From Gammaproteobacteria bacterium (GTDB lineage: Bacteria; Pseudomonadota; Gammaproteobacteria; Natronospirales; JAJUFS01), in the NCBI GenBank assembly GCA_033720895.1, contig JAWWBS010000001.1, positions 3,310 to 67,309 of the forward strand: a DNA stretch of 64,000 nucleotides, in the 5' to 3' direction. Every line of letters begins with the position of its first letter. Position 1 is the stretch's first letter. A program made the position numbers and the translations under genes. Shown here piece after piece: positions 44,684-57,096 of this stretch. The notes below the pieces were generated by a model. That model saw only the letters and a list, made by a program, of their open reading frames with translations, had not been told where the DNA came from and searched no databases.

Positions 44684-44761
44684 GGGAAGAACCTCTCAGA
44701 ACCCGCTGATTTAGCGGGAATTTTACAGAACAGGCGTCGGTCTCTCAGACCTTAGACAGTA

Positions 44762-45391
44762 CTACAGGCGGTAGTTCCGGGCCAAGAGATACACCTCCCG
44801 GCTGCGACCACGCGAGGCCTTTGGCTTGCGCGTGACTACCGTCCCGAATTTCGAGCGGAGCTGCCTCAGGTATTCGTCAAAGCCCTCGCCCTGGAAAATC
44901 TTGGTCAGGAAGCTGCCACCGGGCCGCAGGACCTTTTCGGCCAGGTCCAGCGCCAGCTCGGCCAGGTACATGGATTTCGGCTGGTCGATGGCATCCATAC
45001 CACTCATATTGGGGGCCATATCGGAAATCACAAGGTCCGGACGATCATTTCCGAGGGTGTCCAGCAGGCGCGCCAGCGGCTCGTCATCGGTGAAATCGCC
45101 CTGCAGGAATTCCACACCGTCCATTGGCTCCATGTCCAGGATGTCCAGGGCCAGCAGGCGGCCCTTTTTCCCCAGCTTTTTCACCACGTACTGGCACCAC
45201 CCGCCCGGCGCCGCGCCCAGATCGATCACCGTCATGCCGGGCTTGAATAGCCGGTCTTTCTGGTCGATTTCTTCCAGCTTGTAAACCGCACGCGAACGCC
45301 AGCCCTCGGCCTGCGCACGTTTCACGAATTCATCGGAAAAGTGCTCGGTCAGCCAGCGGGAAGAACTCTTGCTGTGGCGGCGCTTGGGCAT
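44762..45391 (-). CDS. rlmE: 23S rRNA (uridine2552-2'-O)-methyltransferase RlmE (FtsJ)
   Basis: 209 aa. [12 protein letters not shown] and [12 protein letters not shown] motif. It lies upstream of ftsH. Confidence 0.95.
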   Translation of the reverse strand: MPKRRHSKSSSRWLTEHFSDEFVKRAQAEGWRSRAVYKLEEIDQKDRLFKPGMTVIDLGAAPGGWCQYVVKKLGKKGRLLALDILDMEPMDGVEFLQGDFTDDEPLARLLDTLGNDRPDLVISDMAPNMSGMDAIDQPKSMYLAELALDLAEKVLRPGGSFLTKIFQGEGFDEYLRQLRSKFGTVVTRKPKASRGRSREVYLLARNYRL

Positions 45392-45501
45392 GATGCCATT
45401 CTCTCAATATTTCAGACGCGCTGTGGTCGGAATTTCGTCGTACAGGACTGCGGCATGGTAGGATGCCCGCCTTTCCGGACATCATATTGACGGCGACCAT
45501 C

Positions 45502-45810
45502 ATGACCAACCCGACCCTGACCGAAAAACAGCGCAAATTCCTGAAGGGACTCGCGCATGACCGCAAGGTCATCGTGCAGACGGGAGCGAACGGCCTGACC
45601 GAAGCGGTGCTGCGTGAAATCAGCCTGGCACTGACCGCTCACGAGCTGGTCAAGGTAAAGGTGCTGGCTGGCGATCATGCCGACCGTGATGCCATGGTGG
45701 ACGAGATCGTCGACGAGACCGGCGCCATCCTGATCCAGCGCATCGGCCATGTGGCGACCTTGTTCAAGCGCAATCCTGACGGCGCCAAGATCGACCTGCC
45801 GAAGAAGTAA
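45502..45810 (+). CDS. yhbY: Ribosome assembly RNA-binding protein YhbY (CRM domain)
   Basis: Start at ATG 45502. MTNPTLTEKQRKFLKGLAHDRKVIVQTGANGLTEAVLREISLALTAHELVKVKV. It is divergent from rlmE. Confidence 0.9.
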   Translation: MTNPTLTEKQRKFLKGLAHDRKVIVQTGANGLTEAVLREISLALTAHELVKVKVLAGDHADRDAMVDEIVDETGAILIQRIGHVATLFKRNPDGAKIDLPKK

Positions 45811-45813
45811 GCC

Positions 45814-46290
45814 CTAGAGGTATTTCACCTCGAGGATTTCAAAGTTCTTTTCGCCACCCGGCGTATTGATCGTCAGCTCGTCACCTTCCATCTTGCCGAT
45901 CAGGCCACGGGCAATCGGCGAGCTGTAATTGATCAGGCCGTTCTTGATGTCGGCCTCGTCCTCGCCAACGATCTTGTAAGTGATCTCTTCGTCCGTATCG
46001 ACGTTCAGCAGATCGACGGTCGCGCCGAAAATCACCTTGCCTCCGGCATTCACTGCTGTCACGTCGATGACCTCGGCATTCGACAGCTTGCCTTCGATTT
46101 CCTTGATGCGACCCTCGATGAAGGATTGCTGCTCGCGCGCTGCGTGATACTCGGCGTTCTCCTTGAGATCACCGTGCGCGCGCGCCTCGGCAATCGCCTC
46201 GATCACCTGCGGGCGATCCGTCGACTTCAAGCGTTTCAATTCTTCCTTGAGCTTTTCCGCGCCCTGGACGGTAATGGGTACCTTGTTCAT
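45814..46290 (-). CDS. greA: Transcription elongation factor GreA
   Basis: 158 aa. [18 protein letters not shown]...[19 protein letters not shown]. Confidence 0.97.
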   Translation of the reverse strand: MNKVPITVQGAEKLKEELKRLKSTDRPQVIEAIAEARAHGDLKENAEYHAAREQQSFIEGRIKEIEGKLSNAEVIDVTAVNAGGKVIFGATVDLLNVDTDEEITYKIVGEDEADIKNGLINYSSPIARGLIGKMEGDELTINTPGGEKNFEILEVKYL

Positions 46291-46301
46291 GCCTCGCCTC
46301 C

Positions 46302-49532
<3,231 letters not shown>

Positions 49533-49584
49533 TGTCTTCCTTCCGTGAGGCTGCGTTGCAGTCTGCTAGCTAATCGTTGTCAGT

Positions 49585-50754
49585 TCAGGACGTGGTCTTG
49601 CCGCGGGCGGCAGCCATGTCACGAATGAAGCGCTCGAACAGCGGCTTGATGTCATGCGGTCCCGGGCTCGCTTCAGGATGACCCTGGAAGCCGAAGGCCG
49701 GTCGGTCGGTCAGCGCGATACCCTGCAGGCTCTGGTCGAACAGCGAGCGATGCGTCACCGCGACATTGTCCGGCAGCGAGTTCGCATCGACCGCGAAACC
49801 ATGGTTCTGGCTGGTGATCATCACCCGGCCGGTTTCGATATCCAGCACCGGGTGGTTGGCGCCATGGTGGCCGAACTTCATCTTTTCGGTCTTTGCACCG
49901 GCTGCCAGGCCGAGAATCTGGTGCCCCAGGCAGATGCCGAACACCGGCAGGCGGTCACCGAGGAACTTCTTCGTCGCCTTGATGGCGTATTCGCAAGGCT
50001 CCGGATCGCCGGGACCATTGGACAGGAAAACGCCATCGGGCTTGAGGGCAAGCGCGTCCTCGGCCGAGGTCTCGGCCGGCACCACGGTGATCCTGCAACC
50101 CAGGTCGGCCAGGATGCGCAGGATGTTGCGCTTCACGCCGAAGTCGTAGGCCACCACGTGGAAGCCGGAACCCTGGCGCTCTGGATGCGAGTCGTCCATC
50201 AGGTCCCAGGTACCTTCCTTCCAGGCGTAGCTCTTGGCAGTGGTCACGACCTTGGCAAGGTCCATGCCTTTCAGGCCGGGAAACTCCTTCGCGAGTTGCA
50301 GCGCGGCGTCAACGTCCGGCTCGCCCTTTTCATCGGCGGTCATGATGCAGCCGTTCTGGGCACCCTTGCTGCGCAGCAGGCGCGTGAGGCGGCGGGTGTC
50401 GATGTCGGCAATGGCGACTGTGCCCTGGGCTTCCAGGTACTCGGACAGCGAGCCCGCGGCGCGCCAGTTGGAATGCAACAAGGGCAGGTCGCGAATGATC
50501 AGGCCGGCAGCCTGCACCCCGGCGGCTTCTTCATCGCCGTCATTGGTGCCGGTGTTGCCGATATGGGGATACGTGAGAGTGACCAGCTGCTTGCTGTAGG
50601 ACGGGTCGGTGAGAATTTCCTGGTAACCGGTCATGGCGGTGTTGAAGACCACCTCGCCGACCGTGGAGCCTGCGGCCCCGATGGATTTGCCGTGAAAGAC
50701 ACTGCCGTCTTCCAGTACCAGGATGGCGTTGTTCGCTGTGCCCGACGTGTCCAA
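49585..50754 (-). CDS. carA: Carbamoyl-phosphate synthase small (glutaminase) subunit
   Basis: GATase triad region (FGICLGHQ). I prefer TTG at 50754, which has GGAGG 5 nt upstream, over the GTG at 50766 given by the ORF track. Confidence 0.93.
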   Translation of the reverse strand: MDTSGTANNAILVLEDGSVFHGKSIGAAGSTVGEVVFNTAMTGYQEILTDPSYSKQLVTLTYPHIGNTGTNDGDEEAAGVQAAGLIIRDLPLLHSNWRAAGSLSEYLEAQGTVAIADIDTRRLTRLLRSKGAQNGCIMTADEKGEPDVDAALQLAKEFPGLKGMDLAKVVTTAKSYAWKEGTWDLMDDSHPERQGSGFHVVAYDFGVKRNILRILADLGCRITVVPAETSAEDALALKPDGVFLSNGPGDPEPCEYAIKATKKFLGDRLPVFGICLGHQILGLAAGAKTEKMKFGHHGANHPVLDIETGRVMITSQNHGFAVDANSLPDNVAVTHRSLFDQSLQGIALTDRPAFGFQGHPEASPGPHDIKPLFERFIRDMAAARGKTTS

Positions 50755-50785
50755 GCTGACCTCCACAAGAGCGATTCCGGACGGG

Positions 50786-50837
50786 ATGCGCGTCTGGCGC
50801 GCATACGGAAAGCGGGAGGGATCGAAATCCTTCCCGC
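50786..50837 (-). promoter_or_regulatory. carA leader hairpins (attenuator candidate)
   Basis: Minus strand: gcgggaagga-tttcg-atccctcccgc (one mismatch) followed by tttccgt, then atgcgcg-ccaga-cgcgcat. Both lie between the candidate promoter and the carA SD. Confidence 0.35.
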
Positions 50838-50872
50838 TTGATGATCAGCAAAATCTGCGCTGGATCGGAGGG

Positions 50873-50901
50873 ATTTTACCGGAGGGTACCGGGAGTGTCC
50901 A
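50873..50901 (-). promoter_or_regulatory. Sigma-70-like promoter candidate for carAB
   Basis: Minus strand: TGGACA, 17 bp spacer, TAAAAT. It lies ~115 nt upstream of the carA start. Confidence 0.5.
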
Positions 50902-50934
50902 CGAGAGTCGGCGCCTTGCAGGGCTGTTTGGCGC

Positions 50935-51753
50935 TTATTCTTTCAGCTGCAGCAGGTCGTCCAGGCCATACAGGCCGGCCGGCTGCTCCACCAGCCAGCG
51001 AGCAGCGCGCAGCGCACCGCCGGCAAAGGCACCTCGGTCCCGGGCACCGTGCCCCAGGCGAATTTCCTCAGCAGCGCTGACCAGTCGCACATCGTGCTCG
51101 CCGACGATCTCGCCGGCGCGAATGCTGTGAATGGCGATGCGATCCTTGCTGCTGTCGTCCCGCGAGCCGGTGCCGCCGGTGGCAATGACCTCGTCCAATT
51201 GCTGGCCGCGGGCGGTGGCAACGACCTCGCCCAGCGCGAGCGCGGTACCTGAGGGGGCATCGACCTTGTGGCGATGGTGCGATTCGACGATCTCCACGTC
51301 CACGCCCTCGCCCAGTCGCGACGCGACCTCGGCCAGCGCGTGGCGCAACAAGGCAATGCCGACACTCATGTTGGCGGCATGGAAGACGGGGACCTCTCTT
51401 GCATACCCGGCCAGGGCGCCCAGCTGCTCGTCGCTGCAACCGGTGGTACCGGAAACCAGCGGCTTGCCGGCAGCCACGCAGGCCTTGGCGATATCCAGCA
51501 GGGTTTCGGGACGGGAAAAGTCGATGGCGATGTCGACAGCCTGGATGAAGGCCTCGAGATCATCGGTGACTGTCACCTTGGGCGGCAATTCCGCGGACTG
51601 CCCGGACCGCGACCAGGCCGCCACGAGCTCGAGCCCGGCCCGCTCGCCAGCATGGGCGCCGTCAAGCAACAAACCGCATACGGCCTTGCCCATGCGGCCC
51701 GACGGCCCGATCACGCCGACTTTGATGGGTTTTGCCACGCTGCCCCCCGGCAT
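50935..51753 (-). CDS. dapB: 4-hydroxy-tetrahydrodipicolinate reductase
   Basis: IKVGVIGPSGRMGK Rossmann motif and ESHHRHKVDAPSGTA signature. An alternative GTG start at 51738 is preceded by a G-rich SD. Confidence 0.94.
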   Translation of the reverse strand: MPGGSVAKPIKVGVIGPSGRMGKAVCGLLLDGAHAGERAGLELVAAWSRSGQSAELPPKVTVTDDLEAFIQAVDIAIDFSRPETLLDIAKACVAAGKPLVSGTTGCSDEQLGALAGYAREVPVFHAANMSVGIALLRHALAEVASRLGEGVDVEIVESHHRHKVDAPSGTALALGEVVATARGQQLDEVIATGGTGSRDDSSKDRIAIHSIRAGEIVGEHDVRLVSAAEEIRLGHGARDRGAFAGGALRAARWLVEQPAGLYGLDDLLQLKE

Positions 51754-51815
51754 TCAGTGTTGGTGGCCAAATCCTACTGGGATTCCGTCACCCGTGCCAC
51801 GCACGGGCCAGGACC

Positions 51816-52964
51816 TCAGTCCTTGAGGTTGTCGAAAAAGGACTTCACGCCATCCAGCCAGGACGTCTTGCGCGGGCTGTGGCGATCGCCACCATCCTGC
51901 AGGGAGGCCTCGAACTGCTCCAGCAGCTCCTTCTGCTCCTTGTTCAGCTTGACCGGCGTTTCCACGCTCAACTTGCAGAACAGGTCACCGGTCGAATGGC
52001 TGCGCACCGACTTCACGCCCTTGCCCTTGAGGCGAAACACCTTGCCAGCCTGGGTCTCCGGCGGAACCTTCAGGGTCACGCGACCGTCAAGGGTCGGCAC
52101 CTCGATCTCGCCGCCCAGCGCGGCCGTCGCAAAACTGACCGGCACCTCGCAGTTCAGGTCATCACCCTCGCGCTGGAAGATCCGGTGCGGCTTTACCACC
52201 ACTTCGACGAACAGGTCGCCTGCCGGGCCACCGTTCTCGCCAGCCTCGCCCTCGCCCGTCAGGCGAATGCGATCACCGGTATCGACGCCGGCCGGGATCT
52301 TGACGGAAAGGTTGCGCGTCTCGCGCTGGCGACCGGCGCCCTGGCAATCGGTGCAGGGCTCGTCGATGATCTCGCCGGCACCGCGGCATTCCGGGCAGGC
52401 CTGCTGCACCGAGAAGAACCCTTGCTGCATGCGCACCTGGCCAACACCGTTACAGGTGCCGCAGGTCTTCTTGTCCGAGCCCGGCTTGGCACCGGAACCC
52501 GAGCAGGTGTCGCAGCTGGCCATGCGCGGCACGGTGATTTCCACCGTGTCACCGAATACCGCCTGCTCCAGCGTCAGCGGCACTTCGATGCGGAGGTCGG
52601 CGCCACGATACACGCGTCGCCCCCCGCCACCGCGACGACCACCGCCGCCAAAGATGTCACCGAAGATATCGCCGAAGATGTCGCCGAAGTCGGCACCGCC
52701 GCCACCGAAGCCGCCGCCACCGAAACCGCCCTGCGAGGGATCGACACCGGCATGACCGAACTGGTCGTAGGCGGCGCGCTTCTGCGCATCGGAAAGGACT
52801 TCGTAGGCTTCCTTGGCTTCCTTGAACTTCTCGATGGCAGCTTCATCATCCGGGTTGCGGTCCGGATGGTATTTCATGGCCAGCCGCCGGTACGCCTTTT
52901 TCAGTTCGGCATCCGATACGGTCTTCTCGACCCCGAGAACTTCGTAGTAATCACGTTTGGCCAT
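51816..52964 (-). CDS. dnaJ: Molecular chaperone DnaJ
   Basis: 382 aa. J domain ([13 protein letters not shown]), G/F region and four CxxCxGxG zinc motifs. Confidence 0.98.
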   Translation of the reverse strand: MAKRDYYEVLGVEKTVSDAELKKAYRRLAMKYHPDRNPDDEAAIEKFKEAKEAYEVLSDAQKRAAYDQFGHAGVDPSQGGFGGGGFGGGGADFGDIFGDIFGDIFGGGGRRGGGGRRVYRGADLRIEVPLTLEQAVFGDTVEITVPRMASCDTCSGSGAKPGSDKKTCGTCNGVGQVRMQQGFFSVQQACPECRGAGEIIDEPCTDCQGAGRQRETRNLSVKIPAGVDTGDRIRLTGEGEAGENGGPAGDLFVEVVVKPHRIFQREGDDLNCEVPVSFATAALGGEIEVPTLDGRVTLKVPPETQAGKVFRLKGKGVKSVRSHSTGDLFCKLSVETPVKLNKEQKELLEQFEASLQDGGDRHSPRKTSWLDGVKSFFDNLKD

Positions 52965-53095
52965 TTAACCCTGCTCTTTGCTTCTTCCGTTTGTTGTCCG
53001 CTTTTCCAGCTGGCTTTCGTTACACGCCGAAAGCCCGGCCCCGCATGCACCGTGATGCAGGCGAAGCGCGGGCTTTGCAGCAGGCGAGGAACGAC

Positions 53096-55027
53096 TTACT
53101 TCTTGTCGTCTTCGCCCTTCACTTCCTCGAACTCGGCGTCGACCACGTCGTCGCCCTGCTCGCCACCGGCTTCGCCGGCAGCACCTTCGGCGCCAGCTTG
53201 CGCCTGGGCATCGGCATACATCTGCTCGGCGAGCTTGTGCGAGACTTCGGTCAGTGCCTGGGTCTTCTGCTCGATGGCTTCCTTGTCGTCGCCCTTGAGT
53301 TCTTCCTTCAGGTCTTCGATGGCCTTCTCGATCTTTTCCTTCTCGTCAGCCTCGACCTTGTCGCCGGCTTCCTTCAGCGACTTCTCGACGGCATAGACCA
53401 TCTGGTCACCGGTGTTGCGCGCGGTGACGAGTTCCTGGAACTTCTTGTCCTCGTCGGCATGCGCCTCGGCGTCCTTCACCATCTGTTCGACTTCCTCGTC
53501 GGACAGGCCGGAGCTGGCCTTGATGGTGATCTTCTGTTCCTTGCCGGTGGCCTTGTCCTTGGCGGACACGTTCAGGATGCCGTTGGCATCGATGTCGAAG
53601 GTGACTTCGATCTGCGGCGTGCCACGCGGCGCCGGCGGGATGTCGGTCAGGTCGAAGCGACCCAGCGACTTGTTGCCCGAGGCCTGCTCGCGCTCGCCCT
53701 GCAGCACGTGCACGGTGACGGCCGGCTGGTTGTCCTCGGCCGTCGAGAACACGTTCGATGCCTTGGTGGGGATCGTGGTGTTCTTGTCGATCAGCTTGGT
53801 CATGACACCGCCCATGGTCTCGATACCGAGCGACAGCGGGGTCACGTCCAGCAGCAGCACGTCCTTGACGTCACCGCCGAGTACGCCACCCTGGATGGCC
53901 GCGCCGATGGCAACGGCTTCGTCCGGGTTCACGTCCTTGCGCGGATCCTGGCCAAAGAAGTCCTTCACGGCTTCCTGCACCTTCGGCATGCGGGTCTGGC
54001 CGCCAACGAGAATCACGTCGGTGACTTCGGAGGCAGACACGCCGGCATCCTTCAGTGCGACCTTGCACGGCTCGATGGTGCGCTTGATCAGGTCCTCGGT
54101 GATGGACTCGAGCTTGGCGCGCGTCAGCTTCATGTTCAGGTGCTTCGGACCGGATGCATCGGCCGTGACGTACGGCAGGTTAATCTCTGTCTGGCTGGAA
54201 GACGACAGCTCGATCTTGGCGTTCTCGGCAGCTTCCTTCAGGCGCTGCATGGCCAGCGGATCCTTGCGCAGGTCCACACCCTGCTCCTTGTTAAATTCTT
54301 CCGCAAGGTAATCGATGATGCGCTTGTCGAAGTCCTCGCCACCGAGGAAGGTGTCACCGTTGGTGGCCAGCACTTCGAACTGGTGCTCGCCGTCGACTTC
54401 GGCAATTTCGATGATGGACACGTCAAAGGTGCCGCCGCCGAGGTCATAGACCGCGATCTTGGCGTCACCGCGCTTCTTGTCCATGCCGTAAGCGAGCGCC
54501 GCAGCGGTCGGCTCGTTGATGATGCGCTTCACCTCGAGACCGGCGATCTTGCCGGCGTCCTTGGTGGCCTGGCGCTGCGAATCGTTGAAGTAGGCCGGCA
54601 CCGTGATCACGGCTTCGGTCACTTCCTCGCCCAGGTAGTCCTCGGCGGTCTTCTTCATCTTCTGCAGCACGCGTGCGGAAATCTCCGGCGGCGCCATCTT
54701 CTTGCCGTTCACTTCGACCCAGGCGTCTTCGCTGGAATCGGACTTGACGATCTTGTACGGCACCATGTCGACGTCCTTCTGGACGATCTTGTCGTTGAAC
54801 TCGCGACCGATCAGGCGCTTGATGGCGTACAGGGTATTGGTCGGGTTGGTCACCGCCTGGCGCTTGGCCGAGGCACCGACCATCACTTCGCCGTCCTTGT
54901 TGAAGGCAATGATCGACGGCGTGGTGCGATCACCTTCCGAGTTTTCGATGACCTTGGTCTTGCCGCCATCCATGATGGCGACACAGGAATTCGTGGTTCC
55001 CAGGTCAATACCGATAATGCGTCCCAT
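53096..55027 (-). CDS. dnaK: Molecular chaperone DnaK (Hsp70)
   Basis: 643 aa. [12 protein letters not shown] and [10 protein letters not shown] motifs. Confidence 0.99.
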   Translation of the reverse strand: MGRIIGIDLGTTNSCVAIMDGGKTKVIENSEGDRTTPSIIAFNKDGEVMVGASAKRQAVTNPTNTLYAIKRLIGREFNDKIVQKDVDMVPYKIVKSDSSEDAWVEVNGKKMAPPEISARVLQKMKKTAEDYLGEEVTEAVITVPAYFNDSQRQATKDAGKIAGLEVKRIINEPTAAALAYGMDKKRGDAKIAVYDLGGGTFDVSIIEIAEVDGEHQFEVLATNGDTFLGGEDFDKRIIDYLAEEFNKEQGVDLRKDPLAMQRLKEAAENAKIELSSSSQTEINLPYVTADASGPKHLNMKLTRAKLESITEDLIKRTIEPCKVALKDAGVSASEVTDVILVGGQTRMPKVQEAVKDFFGQDPRKDVNPDEAVAIGAAIQGGVLGGDVKDVLLLDVTPLSLGIETMGGVMTKLIDKNTTIPTKASNVFSTAEDNQPAVTVHVLQGEREQASGNKSLGRFDLTDIPPAPRGTPQIEVTFDIDANGILNVSAKDKATGKEQKITIKASSGLSDEEVEQMVKDAEAHADEDKKFQELVTARNTGDQMVYAVEKSLKEAGDKVEADEKEKIEKAIEDLKEELKGDDKEAIEQKTQALTEVSHKLAEQMYADAQAQAGAEGAAGEAGGEQGDDVVDAEFEEVKGEDDKK

Positions 55028-55100
55028 GATGTCTCTCCGTAGTACGTTGATGCTTGTTGTCGGCGAGCCTCGCCCGCCTTCGAATCTGTTGATGACCCTT

Positions 55101-55130
55101 AGATAAGGTCGGCTCGGCGGCTTTCAAGGG
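55101..55130 (-). promoter_or_regulatory. Sigma-32 (RpoH)-type heat-shock promoter candidate for dnaK
   Basis: Minus strand: CCCTTGAA, 14 nt spacer, CCTTATCTA, compared with the E. coli consensus CCCTTGAA-N13-17-CCCCATnTA. It lies ~70 nt upstream of the dnaK ATG. Confidence 0.55.
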
Positions 55131-55158
55131 CCGCTGAACATTCATTTCTTTCCCGTCA

Positions 55159-55764
55159 TCACTCCGGCGCCTTGGCAACCAGCACGCGGGCCGGGCGCAC
55201 GACGCGGCCGTTCAGCAGGTAACCCTTCTGCACGACCGTGAGAACGGTGTCAGGCTCGGCGTCTTCCGAGGGCTGGGTGGCCATGGCCTCGTGAAATTCC
55301 GGGTTGAAGACCTCGCCTTCCGGCGACACGGTCTCGACCCCGAAACGCTCCAGCACCTGCTGGAACTGCTTCAAGGTCATTTCCGTGCCCTCGACCAGCG
55401 CACCGGCCTGGTCCTTGGCGTCGGATGCCGCGCTCAGGCCCATTTCCAGGGCGTCGATCACCGGCAGCAGTTCGGCAACGAAGCGCTCCAGCGCAAACTT
55501 GCGCGCCTGTTCCACGTCGCGTGCCGAGCGCTTGCGCAGGTTTTCCATCTCCGCGGCGGTACGCAGGTACTGGTCGCGGAACTCGTCGGCCCTGGCTTCG
55601 GCTTCTGCCAGCGCTGCGGCCACGGGGTCTTTTTCCGCTTCCACGCCCGCTTCGTCGTTGGCCGCAGCGGCAGAGGATTCCTGCGGCTCCGGCTCTGCCG
55701 GGGTGCTCGTTTCTTCGACGTTCTCGTTCGGGTTCTCGTTCTGGGCTTCTGGCTTGTCAGCCAT
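55159..55764 (-). CDS. grpE: Nucleotide exchange factor GrpE
   Basis: Acidic N-terminus followed by the GrpE core (YLRTAAEMENLRKR...). ATG 55764, with GGAG 6 nt upstream, is preferred over ATG 55776. Confidence 0.94.
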   Translation of the reverse strand: MADKPEAQNENPNENVEETSTPAEPEPQESSAAAANDEAGVEAEKDPVAAALAEAEARADEFRDQYLRTAAEMENLRKRSARDVEQARKFALERFVAELLPVIDALEMGLSAASDAKDQAGALVEGTEMTLKQFQQVLERFGVETVSPEGEVFNPEFHEAMATQPSEDAEPDTVLTVVQKGYLLNGRVVRPARVLVAKAPE

Positions 55765-55829
55765 GCTCGACTCCATTTCTTAATTCAAAAAAAGTTATTC
55801 CGACCCCATGCGGGCCGGTGATGCTCGAA

Positions 55830-55858
55830 AAATGGGGACGCCAGCCGGCCATCACAAG
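55830..55858 (-). promoter_or_regulatory. Sigma-32 (RpoH)-type heat-shock promoter candidate for grpE
   Basis: Minus strand: (CC)CTTGTGA, 14 nt spacer, CCCCATTT. It lies ~65 nt upstream of the grpE start, in the hrcA-grpE spacer. Confidence 0.6.
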
Positions 55859-55885
55859 GGCCGACGGCAAAAAAACCGGTCGAAA

Positions 55886-56965
55886 TCAGCTCTTTTTGGG
55901 GTTCAACGCCGCTGTCAGCAGCTTCGAGGTGACATCGACGATCGGTATCACCCGCTCGTAGGCCATGCGGCTCGGGCCGATGACAGCCAGCACCCCGACC
56001 TGGTCGTCATTCACCGAGTAAGGGGCCGAGACCAGCGACATGTCATCCAGCGGCTCGTAGCCGGACTCCTCGCCAATGAAAATCTGCACCCCGTCGGCCG
56101 AGACGCACTGGTCCAGCAGGTGCAGCAGGTCACGCTTGGTGTTGAAGGCCTCGAACAGCTGGCGGAGCTTGTCGACATTCGACAGCTCGGCAAATTCCAT
56201 CAGGTTGGTCTCGCCGGCCAGCACGTAGCCGGATTCGCGATCCACCGGCGACTTGACCATTTTCTCGGCGAGCTGGATGGCCGAGCTCATCTGCTGGTTC
56301 ATGTGTTCCCGGGCCCGGCCCATTTCTCGCAGGATGTGTTCTCGAATCGAAGACACATCGCGACCGGAAAACTCGGAATTCAGGTAATTGGCCGCTTCGA
56401 TCAGCTCGGCCTGGGAGTAGTCACGATCCAGCTGGATGATGCGGTTCTGCACCTCCTGCTCGTTCATCACCAGGATGGCCAGCACGCGGCGATCGGACAG
56501 CGGGAGGAACTCGATATGTCGCCAGGCACTGCGGTTGCTTTTCGGTACCGTGACCAGGCCGGCCATGTGGGTGAAGGACGACAGCATCTTGGACGTGGAT
56601 TCGACCAGTGCTTGCGAGTCCATGCCCTCGTCGCGCATGTGATTCTGCAACTTGAACATCTCGCTGGCCGACAGCGGTTTGACCGTCAACAGCGCGTCGA
56701 CGAACAGGCGGTAACCCTTGGCGGTCGGCACGCGGCCCGCCGAGGTGTGCGGCGAACGCACCATGCCGAGCTCCTCGAGGTCAGCCATGATGTTGCGAAT
56801 GGTCGCCGGGCTGAGATCCAGCGCCGAGTCGCGCGCCAGGTTGCGGGAACCCACCGGCTCGCCGTCGCGGATGTAGCGCTCGACCAGCGCCTTCATCAGG
56901 TGCTGGGCACGCTCCGAAAGCTGGCCGTCGGGACCCTGCGTTGGTTCCTGTCGCTTTCTCGCCAT
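55886..56965 (-). CDS. hrcA: Heat-inducible transcription repressor HrcA
   Basis: Start at ATG 56965. MARKRQEPTQGPDGQLSERAQHLMKALVERYIRDGEPVGSRNLA... is the winged-helix HrcA signature. It lies upstream of grpE-dnaK-dnaJ. Confidence 0.93.
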   Translation of the reverse strand: MARKRQEPTQGPDGQLSERAQHLMKALVERYIRDGEPVGSRNLARDSALDLSPATIRNIMADLEELGMVRSPHTSAGRVPTAKGYRLFVDALLTVKPLSASEMFKLQNHMRDEGMDSQALVESTSKMLSSFTHMAGLVTVPKSNRSAWRHIEFLPLSDRRVLAILVMNEQEVQNRIIQLDRDYSQAELIEAANYLNSEFSGRDVSSIREHILREMGRAREHMNQQMSSAIQLAEKMVKSPVDRESGYVLAGETNLMEFAELSNVDKLRQLFEAFNTKRDLLHLLDQCVSADGVQIFIGEESGYEPLDDMSLVSAPYSVNDDQVGVLAVIGPSRMAYERVIPIVDVTSKLLTAALNPKKS

Positions 56966-56971
56966 GTGAAT

Positions 56972-56998
56972 CTGGCACTCCGTGGGTTCGAGTGCCAA
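56972..56998 (-). promoter_or_regulatory. CIRCE-like inverted repeat (HrcA operator) in the hrcA 5' leader
   Basis: Minus strand: TTGGCACTC-gaacccacg-GAGTGCCAG, compared with the CIRCE consensus TTAGCACTC-N9-GAGTGCTAA (8/9 and 7/9 matches with exact 9-nt spacing). It starts 1 nt after the candidate -10 element. Confidence 0.7.
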
Positions 56999-56999
56999 A

Positions 57000-57028
57000 A
57001 TTATCGGCGCTTGCCGGCATTACTTCAA
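57000..57028 (-). promoter_or_regulatory. Sigma-70-like promoter candidate for hrcA
   Basis: Minus strand: TTGAAG, 17 bp spacer, GATAAT. It is immediately followed by the CIRCE-like element. Confidence 0.55.
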
Positions 57029-57096
57029 GAATTCCGACCACTTGCCCTCGCCGGGGCGCTATTGAGCATCCTCAAGCTCTGCTAACATCCGGGCGC

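Noticed and set aside
50540-50851. 103-aa ORF starting with TTG in the carA leader (possible leader peptide).
   Set aside because: It continues far into carA in a different frame, has no SD, and shows no pyrimidine/arginine-codon logic. The leader hairpins are reported instead.
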